From Acidobacteriota bacterium (GTDB lineage: Bacteria > Acidobacteriota > UBA6911 > RPQK01 > JADFOI01), in NCBI GenBank assembly GCA_963663035.1, contig OY760074.1, forward strand, positions 1,184,001 to 1,248,000: 64,000 bases of DNA, read 5' to 3'. Shown here one piece after another: positions 10,781-19,970 of this stretch. Under the pieces are notes generated by a model. The model had not been told where the DNA came from. It ran no database searches and worked only from the letters and a program-made list of their open reading frames with translations. The stretch's first letter is position 1, and the number at the start of each line of letters is the position of its first letter. Both the position numbers and the translations under genes were made by a program.

Positions 10781-11482
10781 ATGACGATATCAATCGCAGC
10801 ACTGGTCGCAGTCAATCTCATCCCACTGGTCGGCGCACTGTTTTGGGGCTGGGATGTGGGGCTGATCCTGATCGTTTATTGGAGTGAGAATCTTGTGGTT
10901 GGCGGCTACAACGTGCTGAAAATAATGGTGCGGCCTGCTGAGCACCCGATTGTATTCTTTGGCCGGCTGTTTCCTGTTGCCTTCTTTTGTTTTCACTATG
11001 GCGCCTTCTGTGGTGTGCACGGCTTCTTTCTTCTGGCGTTCCTCGATCTGTCCGAGAATACCGGAGAGATCCTCTCGGGAGATGGATGGCCGTTTTTTCT
11101 GATCTTCATGCAGATCCTGGTGGAAACGATGAGGACCGTGTGGCAGGCCCGATCCGAAGTGCTGTTTTGGCCGTTAATGGGTCTTGTCCTGAGCCACGGT
11201 GTGAGCTTCATCCAGAATTACATCGGGAAGGGTGAGATCAAGCGCGCCACACTGCAGCAGCTAATGCAGCAGCCCTACAAGCGAATCGTGTTGCTGCACC
11301 TGGTGATCATCGCCGGCGGATTCGCGGTCATAGCACTGGGATCGCCGCTGCCCATGCTGGTGTTGATCGTCATTGGCAAGATCGCGCTCGATATCCATCT
11401 GCACCGCCGCGAGCATCGCCCCCAACCGGATGAGCAGTCCCTGGAGGAGGCGCCGGCCTCAACTGAGGGAGGCAGCGCGTAG
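10781..11482 (+). CDS. DUF6498-like membrane protein
   Basis: 'NLIPLVGALFWGWD', 'YWSEN', 'FFCFHYGAFCGVHG', 'PYKRIVLLH'. Confidence 0.75.
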   Translation: MTISIAALVAVNLIPLVGALFWGWDVGLILIVYWSENLVVGGYNVLKIMVRPAEHPIVFFGRLFPVAFFCFHYGAFCGVHGFFLLAFLDLSENTGEILSGDGWPFFLIFMQILVETMRTVWQARSEVLFWPLMGLVLSHGVSFIQNYIGKGEIKRATLQQLMQQPYKRIVLLHLVIIAGGFAVIALGSPLPMLVLIVIGKIALDIHLHRREHRPQPDEQSLEEAPASTEGGSA

Positions 11483-11483
11483 C

Positions 11484-11516
11484 CAACTTCAAGGCTCAAG
11501 GTTCATTCGCCGCAGC
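11484..11516 (-). repeat. Orphan copy of the kinase 3' end (encodes LRRMNLEP*)
   Basis: 28/33 identity to 12068-12100, the last codons of the intact kinase. Confidence 0.85.
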
Positions 11517-11609
11517 CCAGCCAGGCAATTGTGGACCGGTCTTTCCCCGGGTGCTATATTGAAGGCGAGCCACGATCATCCGCCTTCATTTTGATGGTCC
11601 TCTTACGCT

Positions 11610-11810
11610 GTGAAAGTCCGAGATGTGATTAAATTGATTGAGAAGGATGGTTGGTCTCTTGTCCGTACTCGCGGAAGTCATCGCCAATTCAAGCATTCCT
11701 CCAAAAGAGGTTTGGTCACCATTTCGGGAAAAGCCAATGATGATTTGGCAGCAGGAACATTAAATAGCGTATGGAAGCAAGCTAGACTGGAGCCTGAGAC
11801 AAAGAAATGA
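11610..11810 (+). CDS. hicA: HicA-family toxin
   Basis: 'DGWSLVRTRGSHRQFKH..GLVTI..DLAAGTLNSVWKQA'; extended -10-like tgctatatt upstream (~11551). Confidence 0.9.
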   Translation: MKVRDVIKLIEKDGWSLVRTRGSHRQFKHSSKRGLVTISGKANDDLAAGTLNSVWKQARLEPETKK

Positions 11811-12022
11811 AGAAATACTTGATTGTAATCGAAAGAACCGAGACAGGCTTTTCAGCCTATTCTCCAGACCTCGAAGGTTGTGTGGCCACCGGAGAATCAC
11901 GGAAGGAAGTGGAGACTGCGATGCAAGAGGCCATCTACTTTCATCTGGAGGGCCTGCAAGAGGAAGGTTACAGTATCCCCGAGCCTCACAGCTACTCCAC
12001 CTACGTTGACGTAGCGGTGTGA
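11807..12022 (+). CDS. hicB: HicB-family antitoxin (short form)
   Basis: 'FSAYSPDLEGCVATGES..EAIYFHLEGL..IPEP'; 4-bp overlap with hicA. Confidence 0.9.
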   Translation: MKKYLIVIERTETGFSAYSPDLEGCVATGESRKEVETAMQEAIYFHLEGLQEEGYSIPEPHSYSTYVDVAV

Positions 12023-12072
12023 GTGTGTGGAAGCTCAGGTAAGCTTTTCATCCGACATAGCCCAGAACAACT

Positions 12073-14439
12073 TCAAGGCATTAAGTTCATCCGCCGCAGC
12101 AGATCCTGGAAGCGAGGGTCGGCATGGAGGGGGTCGAAGAAGGGATTACTTTTGATGAAAGCAACTTGGGGATCGCGTTTACCGACGGCTTGGGTCAGCC
12201 ACTCCAGCGCAAGATCCTCCTCGCCGACGTGCATATAGAGACTTGCTTTATGCCACGCAGGGAGTTGCTCTGAATCTCTGAGGGCCGCTATGGCCTCAGC
12301 TCGATTGCCGGAAGCCAAGGAGCGTAAGACAACAGGAGTAATCGATACATTAGGATTTAAGGAAGCCAATCTTTCTGACTGGGCAATAGCCTCTTCGTGC
12401 ATTCCCTTTTCCCAATACGCCCATGTAAGGATTTGATGTGCACCTGGGTGATCTGGATTCAGTTCCAAGGCCCTTTGTAATTGTTCTATGGCCTCATCGT
12501 ATTGGCCTTTCCAAAGGAACACTACTCCGACAAGCCTGGTTATCTCGGGTGAGAGGGGATCAAGCGTTTGAGCCTTACTCGCTTCCTCAAGCGCTTCATC
12601 TAACCGACTCTGAGTCATCAAGAACGCTCCGTACCAGTGGTGAGCAGTTGGGTAGTTTGGATTGAGTTCAATGGCTCGTTTGAGGTCGGCCTCAGCTGCA
12701 CTCCACTTCCATTCGTAAAGAGCTTTGATGTACCCCAATGAGGTGTGGGCCTCAGCGAGGCTGTCATCGATTTCCCGTGCCCTCTGTGCCGCGGCTTTTG
12801 CCAGTGGGAAGGCATCCTCTGGAGTGCGGTGGTAGTAGTAGGCAAGTAAAGTGTAAGTATCAGCAAGTCCAGCATAGGCCTGGGCATACAAGGGATCCTC
12901 GTCAATCGCCTCATTGAAGAGTTCAACCGCCCGCTCGAATCCGTCCCTGTTTCTCTTGTTCCACCAAAAACGGCCCTCCAGGTAGCTCCGATAGGCCTCA
13001 GGATCCTGTGTGCCCTGCTTCATCATCTGACTCTGGTCCTCTCCGCTGAGCTGCCAGCGAAGGTTGTCAGAGACTTCCATAGCGATCTTCTCCTGCACTG
13101 CCAGGAGTTCAGTTGCCTTTTGGTTGTACTGTTCGCCCCACAGCACCCTGTCGGCTTCCGTATCTATCAGTTCGACATTGACCAACAGGTCCTCACCCTG
13201 TTGGTTCAGCCTCCCCAGCAGCAAGGCACGGACACCCAACTCTTCTGCCACTTGTCGGGAGTTTATCTCTTGGCCTTTGTAATGGAGGACCGACGAAAAG
13301 GGAATGACCCTCACCTGCGGCAACTGGGAAAGGCCGTAGATGATGCTCTGAGCAGCCCCGTCGCTGAGATATTCCATTTCGGGGTCGTCACTCATGTTGA
13401 CGAAAGGTAAAACGGCAATAGAAGTGATGGCCTCCTCTGGTGAGGTGGAAGTAAACGGCACAAGCAATGCCAGAAGTAAAAGGCCAAGGACCACCACTCC
13501 CCCAGCCACCGCAGGCCAGAGGTAACTCCGCTTCGCGGGGGTCGCCGCAGCTACTGCTGAGGTGGCTACTGACTCACCTGATGTATCTCTCTTCAGCCTC
13601 TTGAGGTCCAGCAGCAACTCTTTTGAAGTTTGGCAACGAATCTCCCGATCTTTTTCGAGGGCTTTGTTGATGATGCCTTCTAACGGATCAGGCACATCTG
13701 GATTCAACCTCACAGGAGATGTGGGAGCCTTGGACAGAATCTCATTGAAGACAACCGCAGTCGTGCTTCCCTGAAATGGCAAGCTCCCCGTCGCCATCTC
13801 ATAGAGCACCACACCCAGGGAGAACAGATCTGTCCTGGCATCCAGCTCCTCACCCCTGGCCTGCTCAGGCGACATATAGGCTACCGTCCCCAAGGCGGTG
13901 CCAGGATTGGTGAGAGCCTCCTCCGGCACCTGTGCCGTGGGCATCTTCGAGTCCACCCCGGTCTGCTCCTGGGTCAGCTTGGCCAGTCCAAAGTCCAGCA
14001 CCTTGGCGTCGCCCCGTTGGGTGATGAAAATATTGCCCGGCTTGATGTCCCTGTGAACGATGCCCTTGGCGTGAGCGGCGTCTAAAGCATCGGCAATCTG
14101 AATCCCCAGATCCAGGATCTCATCCGTTGGCATGGAGCGGCCCTGGATGCGGTGGGTGAGAGTCTGGCCCTCCAGGTACTGCATGACAAGGTAAGGCTGG
14201 CTCTTATGCTGACCGATGTCGTAGATGGCACAGATGTTGGGATGATCCAGTGCCGATGCCGCACGAGCTTCTCTCTGGAAGCGTTCCAGTGCCTGTTTGT
14301 TCTGGGCAAACTTCTCAGGCAGGAACTTCAGGGCCACATTGCGGCCGAGCCTGGTGTCCTCGGCCTTGTAGACCACACCCATCCCTCCGCCGCCGAGCTT
14401 CTCTGTGATTTTGTAGTGGGAGATGGTTTGGCCGATCAT
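12073..14439 (-). CDS. Hanks-type Ser/Thr protein kinase with TM segment, TolB-N-like domain and TPRs (intact)
   Basis: GGGGMGVVY, VALK, HRDIKPGN, DFG, YMSPEQ; TM; 'SIAVLPF'; TPRs; C-terminal DPRFQDLLRRMNL. Confidence 0.95.
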   Translation of the reverse strand: MIGQTISHYKITEKLGGGGMGVVYKAEDTRLGRNVALKFLPEKFAQNKQALERFQREARAASALDHPNICAIYDIGQHKSQPYLVMQYLEGQTLTHRIQGRSMPTDEILDLGIQIADALDAAHAKGIVHRDIKPGNIFITQRGDAKVLDFGLAKLTQEQTGVDSKMPTAQVPEEALTNPGTALGTVAYMSPEQARGEELDARTDLFSLGVVLYEMATGSLPFQGSTTAVVFNEILSKAPTSPVRLNPDVPDPLEGIINKALEKDREIRCQTSKELLLDLKRLKRDTSGESVATSAVAAATPAKRSYLWPAVAGGVVVLGLLLLALLVPFTSTSPEEAITSIAVLPFVNMSDDPEMEYLSDGAAQSIIYGLSQLPQVRVIPFSSVLHYKGQEINSRQVAEELGVRALLLGRLNQQGEDLLVNVELIDTEADRVLWGEQYNQKATELLAVQEKIAMEVSDNLRWQLSGEDQSQMMKQGTQDPEAYRSYLEGRFWWNKRNRDGFERAVELFNEAIDEDPLYAQAYAGLADTYTLLAYYYHRTPEDAFPLAKAAAQRAREIDDSLAEAHTSLGYIKALYEWKWSAAEADLKRAIELNPNYPTAHHWYGAFLMTQSRLDEALEEASKAQTLDPLSPEITRLVGVVFLWKGQYDEAIEQLQRALELNPDHPGAHQILTWAYWEKGMHEEAIAQSERLASLNPNVSITPVVLRSLASGNRAEAIAALRDSEQLPAWHKASLYMHVGEEDLALEWLTQAVGKRDPQVAFIKSNPFFDPLHADPRFQDLLRRMNLMP

Positions 14440-14479
14440 CTGTTTGACTCTCCCTCAAAGCGGGTGTGATTCGTCCTAG

Positions 14480-14508
14480 ATCTTAAGCCTTAAGGGGTAG
14501 GAAGGCAA
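14480..14508 (-). promoter_or_regulatory. sigma70-like promoter of the kinase (TTGCCT-17-TAAGAT)
   Basis: Minus strand; homologous boxes at 19099-19127, 24531-24560, 63437-63466. Confidence 0.7.
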
Positions 14509-14517
14509 TGGGAAATG

Positions 14518-14548
14518 TAGCGCGCCCGGCAGGGTTGGGACCTACTAC
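14518..14548 (-). repeat. Degenerate tRNA-Arg 3'-end relic (att-like scar)
   Basis: tagcgcgcccggcagggttgggacct vs tggcgcgcccgacaggattcgaacct. Confidence 0.7.
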
Positions 14549-14583
14549 AGGTGCACGATCCAAGATTCGCGTTTCCCAGATCG

Positions 14584-15690
14584 TCAGTAAGGTGGTGCCA
14601 GGCGGCGGAACCCGTGCAGCAGCACAAACACCAGAAGGAAGAGATTGCGCAAGAGCATGCCCGGCCAGAAATAGCGTACAGGAGAGCCCCTCTGGAACCC
14701 TTCACTGTTCTCTGCCAGTTGATCAGCAATTTCTCTTAAAATCCGGGCACCCCGGGGCCAATCACAGAGGCCATTGAGCCAATCCGCGGGAATCCCCCCT
14801 TCACCGGTGACCGCGCCTGCCAGGGCACCGCTTATGGCTCCTGTGGTATCGGTGTCACCACCGCAGCTCAAGACTGCACTTACGGTGTCTTCAAAAGAGC
14901 CGAAATGCAGGTACCAGGCATAAACCACCACCGGTACCGTGTGGTAAACATATCCGGAGATCCCTTGGGATAGGCCCAGTGAATCTGCAAACTGTTGGAC
15001 AGTGTGCTGCTGACCATAGGCGGTGGCCATCGATTCGAGTGCGGTTTTCCATTCTTGGTCCTGGTGGCCGGCCTGCTCAAGCAGATCCAAAAAGTCCTGC
15101 AGTTCCGGCCTCTCCTCCAGATTTTCCCGAATACTCCAGCCGGCGATCAGTGCCACCGCCTTGGCCCCGGTGAGGGCTCTCGGATCGGTATGGGTGAGTC
15201 GGGTAGAGGCCTGAACGTAATCATTCGTACGCTTCCGGGACAGGGCAAAGAAGGCTCCAATAGGTGCCGAGCGCATGGCGGGACCGTTTCCCGCCGAGTA
15301 GACGCCGCTGCGCAGTGGACTGATGAGCCAGGAACGAAGGATAGACCTCAGGGTGGCAAACCCAATGCCGGGCGGCAGGGACAGGAACCATCCCCTCAGA
15401 CAGCGGGAAAGTCGCCTTACGAAAAGCTCTACTGAGTCAGGATAAGTGAGCAAGCTCTGGGCTACGAAGACGGTATGGTCTGTGTCATCGCTGACCATTC
15501 CCCGGTTGAGCAACAGTCTCTGCCGCCAGCGGCCCGGGAAAAGCTTTCTGGAGCGTGAGGGAGAGATTCCCTCGGCCGGCAGGCCGATGGAGTCACCCAC
15601 AGCGGTTCCCAGCAGTACCCCTCTGAATCTGTCACGACGACTCAACTCCTTCTCCCCAGTTTCTCCTGTTCTTACCGTCGCGCAAAGCAC
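14584..15690 (-). CDS. ADP-ribosylglycohydrolase family protein
   Basis: 'AVGDSIG', 'SDDTD', 'SAGNGPAMR', 'GGDTDTTGAISGALAGA'. Exact start uncertain. Confidence 0.9.
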   Translation of the reverse strand: MLCATVRTGETGEKELSRRDRFRGVLLGTAVGDSIGLPAEGISPSRSRKLFPGRWRQRLLLNRGMVSDDTDHTVFVAQSLLTYPDSVELFVRRLSRCLRGWFLSLPPGIGFATLRSILRSWLISPLRSGVYSAGNGPAMRSAPIGAFFALSRKRTNDYVQASTRLTHTDPRALTGAKAVALIAGWSIRENLEERPELQDFLDLLEQAGHQDQEWKTALESMATAYGQQHTVQQFADSLGLSQGISGYVYHTVPVVVYAWYLHFGSFEDTVSAVLSCGGDTDTTGAISGALAGAVTGEGGIPADWLNGLCDWPRGARILREIADQLAENSEGFQRGSPVRYFWPGMLLRNLFLLVFVLLHGFRRLAPPY

Positions 15691-16622
15691 AGCAGAGTCT
15701 TTGCTTCTCTTCTGATGAGGAGGAAACGGTCGTTGACATCTTCAATGCGACACTCCTCTTGAGTCTCTTCCGAGAGGGCTATCTTCTGGCAGATGTTTCC
15801 CGTTTGGAGATCCAGCACCCACAGAAAATTCCGTCTCGGGTTGGGTTTGACGCAGTTGGGCTTCTCGGGATCAATAGGGACGTAGGCTGGCCGGTCTGAA
15901 ACGAGCAGGAACATGTAATCGCCGTGGTGGCGGTAGGAAAAATAGTTGCCCTCAATGAAATGATTTTCCTTTTCCAGGTGGAAGTGCCAGAGCTGTTCAT
16001 CATCCGATCGACGGCGAGCCAGGTGAAAACCCTTGCTGGTTCTCTGCTCTCGGGGACAGTTCCTATCGGGAGAATGGGCCAGCAGCTCTCCATTTTCGAG
16101 CATCACCCTTCTCTTGCTGTACAGAATCCAGGACGGACTTTCATCCCCGTTCGTCTTCTTGAAGTGGTCTGAAGGAGAAACCTTGCGCAGAAATCGACCC
16201 GTTTTGACGTCTATGATGTCGCCCTGCTCACACAGGCATTCGGATCCTCGAACTGCCACAGGTTTGTCCCGCAACTCGTTGGAAAAGCCAGGAATGAAGT
16301 CCATCAGGCGAAGGAGCTTTCCTCCTTTTTTTCGGTGGGCCGTCCACAGGAGTTCGCCGGTCGCGAGGGAGATCCCATAGCAGCCCTTTGTCAAGGTCCA
16401 GGGTCCGTCTGAGCCCATTTCGCTGGCTACGATGACACTCTCGCTGACTCCGCAAATGGTGTTGGCCTGCCGAAGGCGATGGTCCCACAGGGGTTTGCCC
16501 GTCTGCAAGTCCGCGCAAAACCATTGGCCCAGGGCCCTGTCCTCTAAAAGATGGACGTGCCCGTACCATTGGGTGAGGGAATTGGAAGTGGTGTACTGCC
16601 ACTTGGCTTCTTCATTTACCAT
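15672..16622 (-). CDS. Hypothetical protein with PQQ-like beta-propeller repeats
   Basis: Repeated 'DLQTGKPLW', 'SLATGELLW', 'LDLQTG'; probable start ATG 16622, 6 nt after TATAAT. Confidence 0.65.
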   Translation of the reverse strand: MVNEEAKWQYTTSNSLTQWYGHVHLLEDRALGQWFCADLQTGKPLWDHRLRQANTICGVSESVIVASEMGSDGPWTLTKGCYGISLATGELLWTAHRKKGGKLLRLMDFIPGFSNELRDKPVAVRGSECLCEQGDIIDVKTGRFLRKVSPSDHFKKTNGDESPSWILYSKRRVMLENGELLAHSPDRNCPREQRTSKGFHLARRRSDDEQLWHFHLEKENHFIEGNYFSYRHHGDYMFLLVSDRPAYVPIDPEKPNCVKPNPRRNFLWVLDLQTGNICQKIALSEETQEECRIEDVNDRFLLIRREAKTLLCFARR

Positions 16623-16767
16623 AAAAACATTATAGAAAAGAAGAGGGGGGGAGCGGGGAAGAGCGGGGCGCGCCAGCCTTGACAGTCCCACCTGCCTTGG
16701 ATATAAATTCCCCTAATTCATGCTTGAATTCCAAAACTTAACTTCCGGAAACGCGTTGAGGTGTTCT

Positions 16768-18621
16768 ATGAAAAGACTGGTGATTCTCTTTCTTATCATT
16801 CCCTCATTTCAGGTCGTGGGTTTCTCTCAGCTGCATCCCCTGGTTGCAGAGCAGGGCTATGCGGATAGCATTCTGATGAACGCTAAAATTGTCACCATGG
16901 ATGATTGGAGCACCGTTCCCAATACGCCGGGGACCATCGTTGCTTCGATGGCCATCAAAGGCGAGAGAATTATGGCTCTGGGGACCAAGGAGGACATGCG
17001 GAAACTGGCCGGACCCGATACGCGGTTTGTGGACATAGGCAACCGAACCGTGATCCCCGGCATCATTAATCCCCACTTTCATGCTTTCTCGAGCGCAGCC
17101 AGAACCTATGGTCCCAGCCAGGGCCTCAGCGATCCCAGCATACAGTTGAGGGTCGATGGCGAGACCACGGCGGAAGCTACGGCCAGGAAGATCCGAGAGA
17201 CGGTGGTCAATGCCATCCAGGTGCAAAACATCCCCCCCGGTCAGTGGATCACGGTGGGTCTGACCGATAACAAGGCCAATCCGAGCGGGACGGCCCGGGG
17301 TTGGCTCTATCTCGGTGAGATCAATCGGAGGCAGATCGACGGTGGAACGGAAAATAATCCGGTGGTGGTCACCATGGGGATCCAGGGACTTTTCAACAGC
17401 GTGGCCATTGAGGCGATCAAAGCGGTCTTTGTCGACTGGGAGGAAAGTACCGATCTGGAAAACCGGCCTGGGGCTGGCCGAGACGGCTATGCTGCGGTTC
17501 CCGACATTCAGGGCCTGACCTTTGAATTCTGGTGGAAGGATGAGCCCATTGCCAAGTTGGCGGAAAGCTTGCGCCTGTATGGACACGATACGGTGGCGCG
17601 AGGAGTCACCACCATCGGGACCCGAATTCTGTTCCCCAAGGTGATCCAGGCTTACAACCTCCTGAATCGAGAGGGCACGATGCCCCATCGGCTGGCTTAT
17701 TACGCCGAGCCGCAGAGAGGAAACTTCTGGAATCTCAAAACCATCCACGAATTCTACAAGGGGAGTGGTGCCCCCTGGACCACGCACTCCGCCGGTGGCG
17801 ATATGCTGTGGCTCAACGGGATGTGCAATGAAATCTGGGATTCCGTCGTCAACGAGGTGTGCATGGGGCCCGACATGCCCAATGCCTCGGCTGAAGTGAA
17901 GGCCAAGGAGCGATGCCCCAGCCCCGGGACCAAGCCCTGGGAAACCTACCGGGAGGCCATCGTCAGCGGCTGGCGTCCCGTCCAGGCCCACGGCACCTCC
18001 AGCCATGGTGCCCGCCTCTACATCCAGATGCTGGAGCAGGCCATGGAGGAAGGGAATTTCAGCCTGGAGTACATGCGTGGCCTCAGGACCACCCTCGAGC
18101 ACAACATCTTACTGGGCAAGCAACCGGACGTGATCGCGGGACTCAAGAAGTTCGGGATCATCATCAATGTCAATATGGGAATGCTGGGCGGCGTACCCTT
18201 CAATATGAAGGTTTATGGTCCCGAGCTGGAAGAATATGCCATGCCGGTGAAGACCTGGATCAATGAGGGAATCCGTGTGACCTTTGAGGGGGGAGGGAAC
18301 TGGCGTCCCATCCATACCCTGATCACCCGGGAAGTCACCGTGTCCGACTTTGGAGTTCGTCCCGAACCAGGCGTAGAGCCGGAGGTGGTGGTGCTGCTCC
18401 CCGACGAGGCAGTGGATCGAGTCACCGCCCTGAAGATGACCACCAACTGGGCCGCTGAATATGTGATGGCCGAGGACACCCTGGGATCTCTGGAAGTGGG
18501 GAAGTATGCCGATTTCGCGGTACTGGATAGAGATTTCTTCACCATCCCGATCGATGAGATTCTGGATATTGAGGTCGTGGCCACGGGTCTCAACGGGAAG
18601 CTGGTCTACGACCGCCGATAG
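16768..18621 (+). CDS. Secreted amidohydrolase-3 (YtcJ-like) family protein
   Basis: Signal peptide; 'VIPGIINPHFH'; 'GSLEVGKYADFAVLDRD'; upstream TTGACA-17-TATAAA (16679-16707). Confidence 0.88.
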   Translation: MKRLVILFLIIPSFQVVGFSQLHPLVAEQGYADSILMNAKIVTMDDWSTVPNTPGTIVASMAIKGERIMALGTKEDMRKLAGPDTRFVDIGNRTVIPGIINPHFHAFSSAARTYGPSQGLSDPSIQLRVDGETTAEATARKIRETVVNAIQVQNIPPGQWITVGLTDNKANPSGTARGWLYLGEINRRQIDGGTENNPVVVTMGIQGLFNSVAIEAIKAVFVDWEESTDLENRPGAGRDGYAAVPDIQGLTFEFWWKDEPIAKLAESLRLYGHDTVARGVTTIGTRILFPKVIQAYNLLNREGTMPHRLAYYAEPQRGNFWNLKTIHEFYKGSGAPWTTHSAGGDMLWLNGMCNEIWDSVVNEVCMGPDMPNASAEVKAKERCPSPGTKPWETYREAIVSGWRPVQAHGTSSHGARLYIQMLEQAMEEGNFSLEYMRGLRTTLEHNILLGKQPDVIAGLKKFGIIINVNMGMLGGVPFNMKVYGPELEEYAMPVKTWINEGIRVTFEGGGNWRPIHTLITREVTVSDFGVRPEPGVEPEVVVLLPDEAVDRVTALKMTTNWAAEYVMAEDTLGSLEVGKYADFAVLDRDFFTIPIDEILDIEVVATGLNGKLVYDRR

Positions 18622-18690
18622 ACGGAGGAATTCGGGGACTGTCCCCAAATTCCGTCGTCTGTTGTCAGTTGTCAGGTGTCAGCTGTCAGG
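18621..18690. repeat. REP-like palindrome followed by 7-bp tandem repeats
   Basis: ggaattcggggactgtccccaaattcc hairpin, then tgtcagt/tgtcagg/tgtcagc/tgtcagg. Confidence 0.65.
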
Positions 18691-19068
18691 GGCCCGGTAC
18701 CAGGCGTTTGAGTTCTTCAAACCAGTTTTGGACGACGATGATGCTTGTCGTCTGGGCAGGTTCATCCGATCCGCCGCCTTCCTTGAGCATCAGGAACCGG
18801 TCTCCCTCCGGGGAGATATCGATCCTTCGGTTCGCTCTTGCGGACGGTTTGAAGTATGGGCCCAGGTCAAACAACAGCTCCACCGTGCCCTGGGTGAAGG
18901 TCGGCTCGGTTTCAATAGGCACTGCCATCATGCCTTCTGAGCTCCCATAGAACAATTCCCGGCCGTTCGGACTCCAGAGCGGCCATCCTCAGCCCGGTAG
19001 ACCTCTCCCATGCCGCCCTGGCCGATCTTCTGGATGACTTTGTAATGGGAGATAGTGGTGCCGACCAT
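18686..19068 (-). pseudogene. Internally deleted Ser/Thr kinase: ~28 N-terminal codons fused out of frame to the last ~100 codons of a PD40/TolB-propeller-type kinase
   Basis: MVGTTISHYKVIQKIGQGGMGEVYRAED joined at ~18985 to WPLWSPNGRELFY...DISPEGDRFLM...IVVQNWFEELKRLVP. Confidence 0.88.
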
Positions 19069-19098
19069 AGTTACTGCTTTCCCAGGTATTTGTTCTAG

Positions 19099-19171
19099 AT
19101 GTTACGCCTGGAGGTCGGGGAAGGCAATGGGCAATATGGCTTGCCCGGAAGCGGCAGGTGTCGAACCTACT
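19099..19171 (-). promoter_or_regulatory. tRNA-Arg 3' relic (19137-19171) plus kinase promoter TTGCCT-17-TAACAT
   Basis: tggcttgcccgg[aagcgg]caggtgtcgaacct resembles the tRNA 3' end with a 6-bp insert; promoter homologous to 14480-14508. Confidence 0.68.
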
Positions 19172-19175
19172 CCGA

Positions 19176-19970
19176 CTAGCGCGCCAGCCCCATCACCGGC
19201 TGTTCACATTGCGCCAGGACGGAATCGACTGCTTCTCTTTCCCTGTTGTCCATGGTGAGACGCCAATCGTTTTTCGCTATGATCCATGCCCTCACATATC
19301 CGCAGTGGAAGTCTGGATTGGGCGGCAACCAATCCGCTGGGCTTCTGTCTCGTTTGGACCTGTTTGCAAATGAAGAAATCGCCGTTAGCATCCTTGGATA
19401 CGATAGATCATTGGCGTACTCATTTCGTAGTTTCGCGCTCCACCGGCTTGCTCCACTGCGGTGTGCCTCAGCAAGCGGGATAAGATGATCGATGTAGAGG
19501 TCCCTGGGATCGGTGAAGGTCTCGCCTGTGTAGGGGTCGAGCCACTGCCCTGAGACGACGCGACAACCTCTGGAGTCCAGCTCGACTGGACCGATGCTTT
19601 CCGCGATCAACACTTCCTGTCGAGTGTTCTGGCAATCTCCGTCCTCGTCCGTCCACCCACCATAAAGATCACGGTCGTATGGGACTGGAGACAGGGCAGA
19701 GCTACTTTCGCCAGTGCTGACCTCAAGTGCGCGAAGTGCCTCCTCTTGGGAGCTGAAAGATTGTCCAGCCAGTGGCCCACTGTGGCAATGGTACCCACCT
19801 CGCTGGCTATCGTGATGGCAGCCCAGTGAGTCAGTGACACCACCATGGGCCACAGCAAGAGATGTTGAGGCCAGAGGCAGGCATATGAGTAGAACAGTGT
19901 AACGAATAGCTAAGAGAACGGTTTTCGATGATGCCTCTTGACCTTCGTAGCTTGACCCCAAAAAAAGCAT
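19176..19970 (-). CDS. Secreted YHYH-like motif plus DUF1524-type HNH endonuclease
   Basis: 'HGGVTDSLGCHH...YHCH'; 'CQNTRQEVL', 'IDHLIPLAEAH', 'ANRSKRDRSPADWLP'. Confidence 0.8.
   Translation of the reverse strand: MLFLGSSYEGQEASSKTVLLAIRYTVLLICLPLASTSLAVAHGGVTDSLGCHHDSQRGGYHCHSGPLAGQSFSSQEEALRALEVSTGESSSALSPVPYDRDLYGGWTDEDGDCQNTRQEVLIAESIGPVELDSRGCRVVSGQWLDPYTGETFTDPRDLYIDHLIPLAEAHRSGASRWSAKLRNEYANDLSYPRMLTAISSFANRSKRDRSPADWLPPNPDFHCGYVRAWIIAKNDWRLTMDNREREAVDSVLAQCEQPVMGLAR

Noticed and set aside
16804-18102. 432-aa minus-strand ORF and similar long antisense ORFs
   Set aside because: Antisense to well-supported genes; no recognisable motifs.
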